From contig NC_086097.1 of the NCBI RefSeq assembly GCF_963921235.1, forward strand, positions 11,160,001-11,224,000: a DNA stretch of 64,000 nt. The letters are read 5' to 3'. The stretch comes from Mobula hypostoma (lineage: Eukaryota). Below, piece after piece: positions 59,980-64,000 of this stretch. Numbering within the stretch: the stretch's first letter is position 1; each line of letters begins with the position of its first letter. The translations under genes were made by a program, and so were the position numbers. The notes beneath the pieces were generated by a model, which saw only the letters and a list, made by a program, of their open reading frames with translations, was not told the origin of the DNA and searched no databases.

Positions 59980-60660
59980 AGTTCAAAGTAAATTCATTAT
60001 CATGGTATATATATGTCATCATATACAACCCTGAGATTCATTTACTTGCAGGCATACTCAATAAATCCGAAAACTATGGTAGGATCAATGAAAGACCACA
60101 TTCAACAGGGTGGACAGCCAGTGTGCAAAACACAACAAACTGTGCAAATACAACAAGAAAGAAAAAAAAACAAATATGCAATAAATCAAGATCATGAGAT
60201 GAAGAGTCCTTGAAAGTGAGTCATGGGTTACAGGACATTTCAATGATGGGGCGAGTGAAGTTATCCTCTCTGGTTCAAGGGCTTGATAGTTGATGAGTAA
60301 TAACTGTTCCTCAGCCTGGTGGTCTGGGTCCTGAGGCTCCTGTACTTTTGTCCTGATGGCAGCAGCAAGAAGAGAACATAGCCTGGAATGGTGGGGTTTC
60401 CCTGACGATTGATGATAGATGCTGCTTTCCTGTGACAGCGCTCCATGTAGATGTGCTCAGTGGTGGGGAAGGCTTTACCCGTGACAGACCGGGTCATATC
60501 CATTAATTTTTTTTGTAGACGTTTCCATAGAGTGCCATTGGTGTTTCCATACTAGGCTGCGATGCAACCAGTCAATATACTCTCCACTACACTTCTACAG
60601 AAGCTTGACAAAGTTTTAAATGACATGCCAGATCTTCACAAACCTCTAAAAAAGTAGAGG
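59980..60660 (-). mobile_element. Rex1/Babar-type 3' part
   Basis: KAFPTTEHIYMERCHRKAASII..LLPSGQKYRSLRTQTTRLRNSYY. Confidence 0.8.
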
Positions 60661-60679
60661 GAAGTACAAAGACACACAG

Positions 60680-60952
60680 ACGCCATTACAGCTTGGGGTG
60701 TCAGAGTTCGGAGTTCAATTCTGAGGTCCTCTATAAAAAATTTGTACGTTCTCCCTGTGGCCATGTGAGGTTTTCCCAGGTTCTCCACGTTTCCTCAAAC
60801 AGTCTCAAGACCGACAAGGTGGTAGGCTAATTGATCATTGTAGATTGTTCTGCGATTAGGCCAGGATTAAATAGGTGGGTTGCTGGGCAGCGTGGCTTGG
60901 TGGGCTGGAAGGATCTGTTCCATGCTCTATCTCTAAGTAAAATAAAATAAAT
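60680..60952 (+). mobile_element. V-SINE (HE1-like)
   Basis: gagttcaattc B-box, core and (AAAAT)n tail. Confidence 0.8.
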
Positions 60953-61195
60953 ATTTATTTATTGAGACGCAGCATGGAATAGGCCCTTCTGGCCTGTCAA
61001 GGCCTCAACTTAAAATGACCAATTAATCCACGAACCGGTACGTCTTTGGACTGCGAGAGGAAACGAGAGCACCCGTAGGAAATCTACATGGTCACTGGGA
61101 GAACGTACAAGCTCCTTACAGGCGGTAGTGGGAACTGAACCCAGGCCGCTGGTACTGTAAAGTGTTGTGCTAACCACTACGCCACCGTGCCACCC
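60953..61195 (-). mobile_element. V-SINE (HE1-like), tail-to-tail with the previous copy
   Basis: Head gggtggcacggtggcgtagtggttagc on the minus strand. Confidence 0.85.
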
Positions 61196-62479
61196 CATTA
61201 TACCCTTCATTATGGAATACATACCCTTGTTATATTACCAAGACAGGCAAAAGATCCCACTATTGCTGTGAAAAGTCAGATTCTCCCCTTTTATTGTGTA
61301 CAAACTGGTAGTAACATTGAACTTGTGGAGTGAGTGTAAGTGGGGATTTCTGACACTGCACATTATCAGTACTGCAGTAAGTCACTGTATCACACTAATC
61401 CTTTCCTTTCTCTTATTTGGAATAGATCCTATGAACAGCTTGCTTGTGCTGCTTTCATTCACACAGTAAATCAACACCACTCCATTAACAACACTGAGAG
61501 CAGCTGAAACGTCCCCAAGCCTGTATCGGTGATGTCTTCATCTGTAACCCAACTAGACATGTGCTCCTGGCAGCTTCAGAGGTGACAACAAATCCAATTA
61601 GCTTCCCTCCATGGCCGCAAATGCAGCCAGGATCGGCGTGACAATGCCGGTTACTGCACTGCATTGCACAGCAGGGTACAGTCTCTGCAAAGCCACCTCA
61701 TGGATTGATTTCAGCAAACAATGATAGCTCATGGAAGAGACCCTAATGAGGAAGAACAGCGGCATGTCACTGACATCATGAAAATCTGGGAAACCTGTGT
61801 GCGTTAGAACAGAATTCGTTTACTTTAATGAAACAATAGGGAAGCAAACTTCAAATAACTGTGTACAATTATCAGCCTATTGTCATTAGGAGAGAGGATG
61901 TAGTGTTATCCACAATGGCCATAATACGTGCAATTTATATAGTGTCTTTATATTACATTCAATACTCTTTGGCTTATTTGAACCATCCTTGGGTGCTGGA
62001 CACGTGAAAATATACAGAATCCAAAGCAGACATTACATTTGTGTAAAACTAATAGCAAGTGAATCAAAAGCAGAAATTCCATATTGCGAACTCTACTGAT
62101 GCTCATAAACCTCTCAGACAATATCAGTATGGGTTGATTGAATAACTGCCTTGTAATTCATTGCAACCTCTATTATTCTGCATGTACCGTACAATATGGA
62201 GTGCTGTATTTCATTTTCCTAAATCTAACTTGCTGGGCGAAGCGTAAATCAAAAGAAAATAGACAAAACCAATCCTTGAAGGCAGGATAGAGAAGGATTT
62301 TATGTCATTTGAATTTGCAGCCCCAGCATTTCAGTAACAGTATGCAATACAATGGATAGGAAATATATTTAATATTGCAGTTTCTATTCATTCATTGTGA
62401 ATGTTACTGAAGTAAAAGAGTGGAGATTCTTCCAGTAAGAAGTGGATGTACATTTACATTGTTCACTCAACTAAAAGTG

Positions 62480-63013
62480 CAGTACTGTGACAAAGTCTTA
62501 GGAACATGTATATAGCTAGGGTGTCAAAGACTTATGCACAGTACTGCCTTTGTCAACATGCAGCAGAGAGCGAGTTTGTAGATCTGGTGGCAGCAAAGGG
62601 TATTGGGAATGGTGAGGGTGGAGCGCGGCGGGAGAGGTGTGGGACAGGCACAGTGGAGGAGTGTGAGGGTGGGAGGGGGGTGGTGCAGGTGCAGACACAC
62701 CCAGCCCTGAGACAACAGGCAATGTCATTTAATTCCTAACAATTGGTTTATTGATCATTACAGAATGTCTCTCTGGTGCTTACTGTTCCTTTCCTCTTTT
62801 CCCAATCACAATTCGCCTCTCCCTGCCCCCTTCCTACTCCCAGTCCACAACAGAGACCCATACCAGAATCGGGTTGATCATCCCTCACATAGGTCATGAA
62901 ATTTGTTTTTATTCACAGCAGCAGTACAGTGCAATACATAAAATTACTACAGTACCATGCAAAAGTCTTAGGCTCCCCAGCTATATAATATGTCTAAGAC
63001 TTGCACAGTACTG
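62480..63013. mobile_element. Composite Tc1/mariner-type MITE: two ~65-bp palindromic units flanking ~400 bp
   Basis: Units 62480-62546 and 62950-63013 each start CAGTAC..G...AAGTCTTAGG and end TGCACAGTACTG; the two units are reverse complements of each other. Confidence 0.75.
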
Positions 63014-63659
63014 TGTATAATAGCACTAAGTCTAAAAGTTACCTCAGAAACAGTTTGTTAAATTTGCCAAACATTTACTGCTGTGAAGTCATTAAAACCT
63101 GTATTTTTATTTTTAATAATTTCAAATACTCCTGTAGCATTTCAGTAGTTTCTGTCTCCATGGTATTTGATTCTAATGTTACAAATGACCTCAATTACAA
63201 TACACCCACTTAAACTGAGTCATTGCCCATTGTGAGCAGATTTGAATACCCTGGACTAGGTGCAACATAATTCTATGCAAATATCGCAGGCATGCAATGA
63301 ATGAATTACATTTATGATAATCAATCCCAGTGTTAGTTCCATTAAGATCCTGAGCTTTCCACTGAGCAACAGGATTGTACTAACGAAGAAATTTATTCAT
63401 TCATGAGATAAGGGGATTGCTGGCAAGGTGAAGGTACCTTCGTCTCATGCTACACTATCAGAAATAAAGCAGGCACTTTCGGGATACAGGTCCAGATTAA
63501 GGAATACTGATATATAGCTATACTTCCAGGTCAAAGCCTTCTGAAAATCTGACTGCACATGATCCAGTAGTTCTTGCTTATAAGACCAAGGAGCAGAATG
63601 ACGCCATTCAGCCCACTGAGTCTGTTCCACTATTTGGTCACTATTCGTTTCTGATGTGC

Positions 63660-63995
63660 CATGTCGTATGAAACCTGGAAGTAAATTTGGAAAAGGTATA
63701 GAGTAAACTTACGAAGGTGTTGCCAGGATTGGAGAGGAGAGTTATGAGGATAGACTAATTACATTGTGGCTGTTGTCTTTGGAACAAAGGAACCCAAGAT
63801 ACCTTTTCAGGATTTACAGAAATAAACTACTTCCCTTAACTGAAGGATCTGTAATGGTATAGATTTAAGTTTATTGAGAGGAGGTTATCAAAGTGTTCAA
63901 AAATTATAATTCACTTAGCAAGTGGTAGGTGGCTGAAAGGGGGCGGAAGCAGAAAATTTTGTCACATTCAAAATTACTTGAATGAGCACTTGCAG
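63660..63995 (+). mobile_element. Old CR1 3' fragment
   Basis: ttgccaggattggag..agttatgaggatagact..ttggaacaaagg; ttcaaaaattacttg..gagcacttg. Confidence 0.55.
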
Positions 63996-64000
63996 AACCA

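Overview
Eukaryotic, repeat-dense DNA, most likely intronic or intergenic. I recognise no host protein-coding exon, rRNA/tRNA gene or CRISPR array; the ORFs with recognisable protein motifs are all decayed transposon fragments. The repeat inventory points by inference to a cartilaginous fish, probably a ray or skate. It includes many CR1 LINE fragments, Rex1/Babar-type LINE 3' ends, HE1-like tRNA-derived V-SINEs, a SacSINE1-like DeuSINE, RTE-derived non-autonomous elements, Penelope-like elements, Dong/R4 and L2 relics, and Tc1/hAT relics and MITEs. Most notable: (1) a Penelope insertion with inverted pLTR arms, a GIY-YIG fragment and a 16-bp TSD (55128-56369); (2) a minimal type-I hammerhead ribozyme motif in the Penelope terminus, intact at 23221-23258, with about a dozen short terminus-only copies that carry decayed versions or have lost it; (3) a Dong/R4-Penelope fusion next to a (TTC)n(TTA)n tract; (4) a composite Tc1-type MITE made of two palindromic mini-units flanking a captured LINE tail; (5) several unclassified non-autonomous retroelement families and multi-level nested insertions. 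Family names come from recalled motifs, not database searches. Boundaries of old repeats are approximate (tens of bp).
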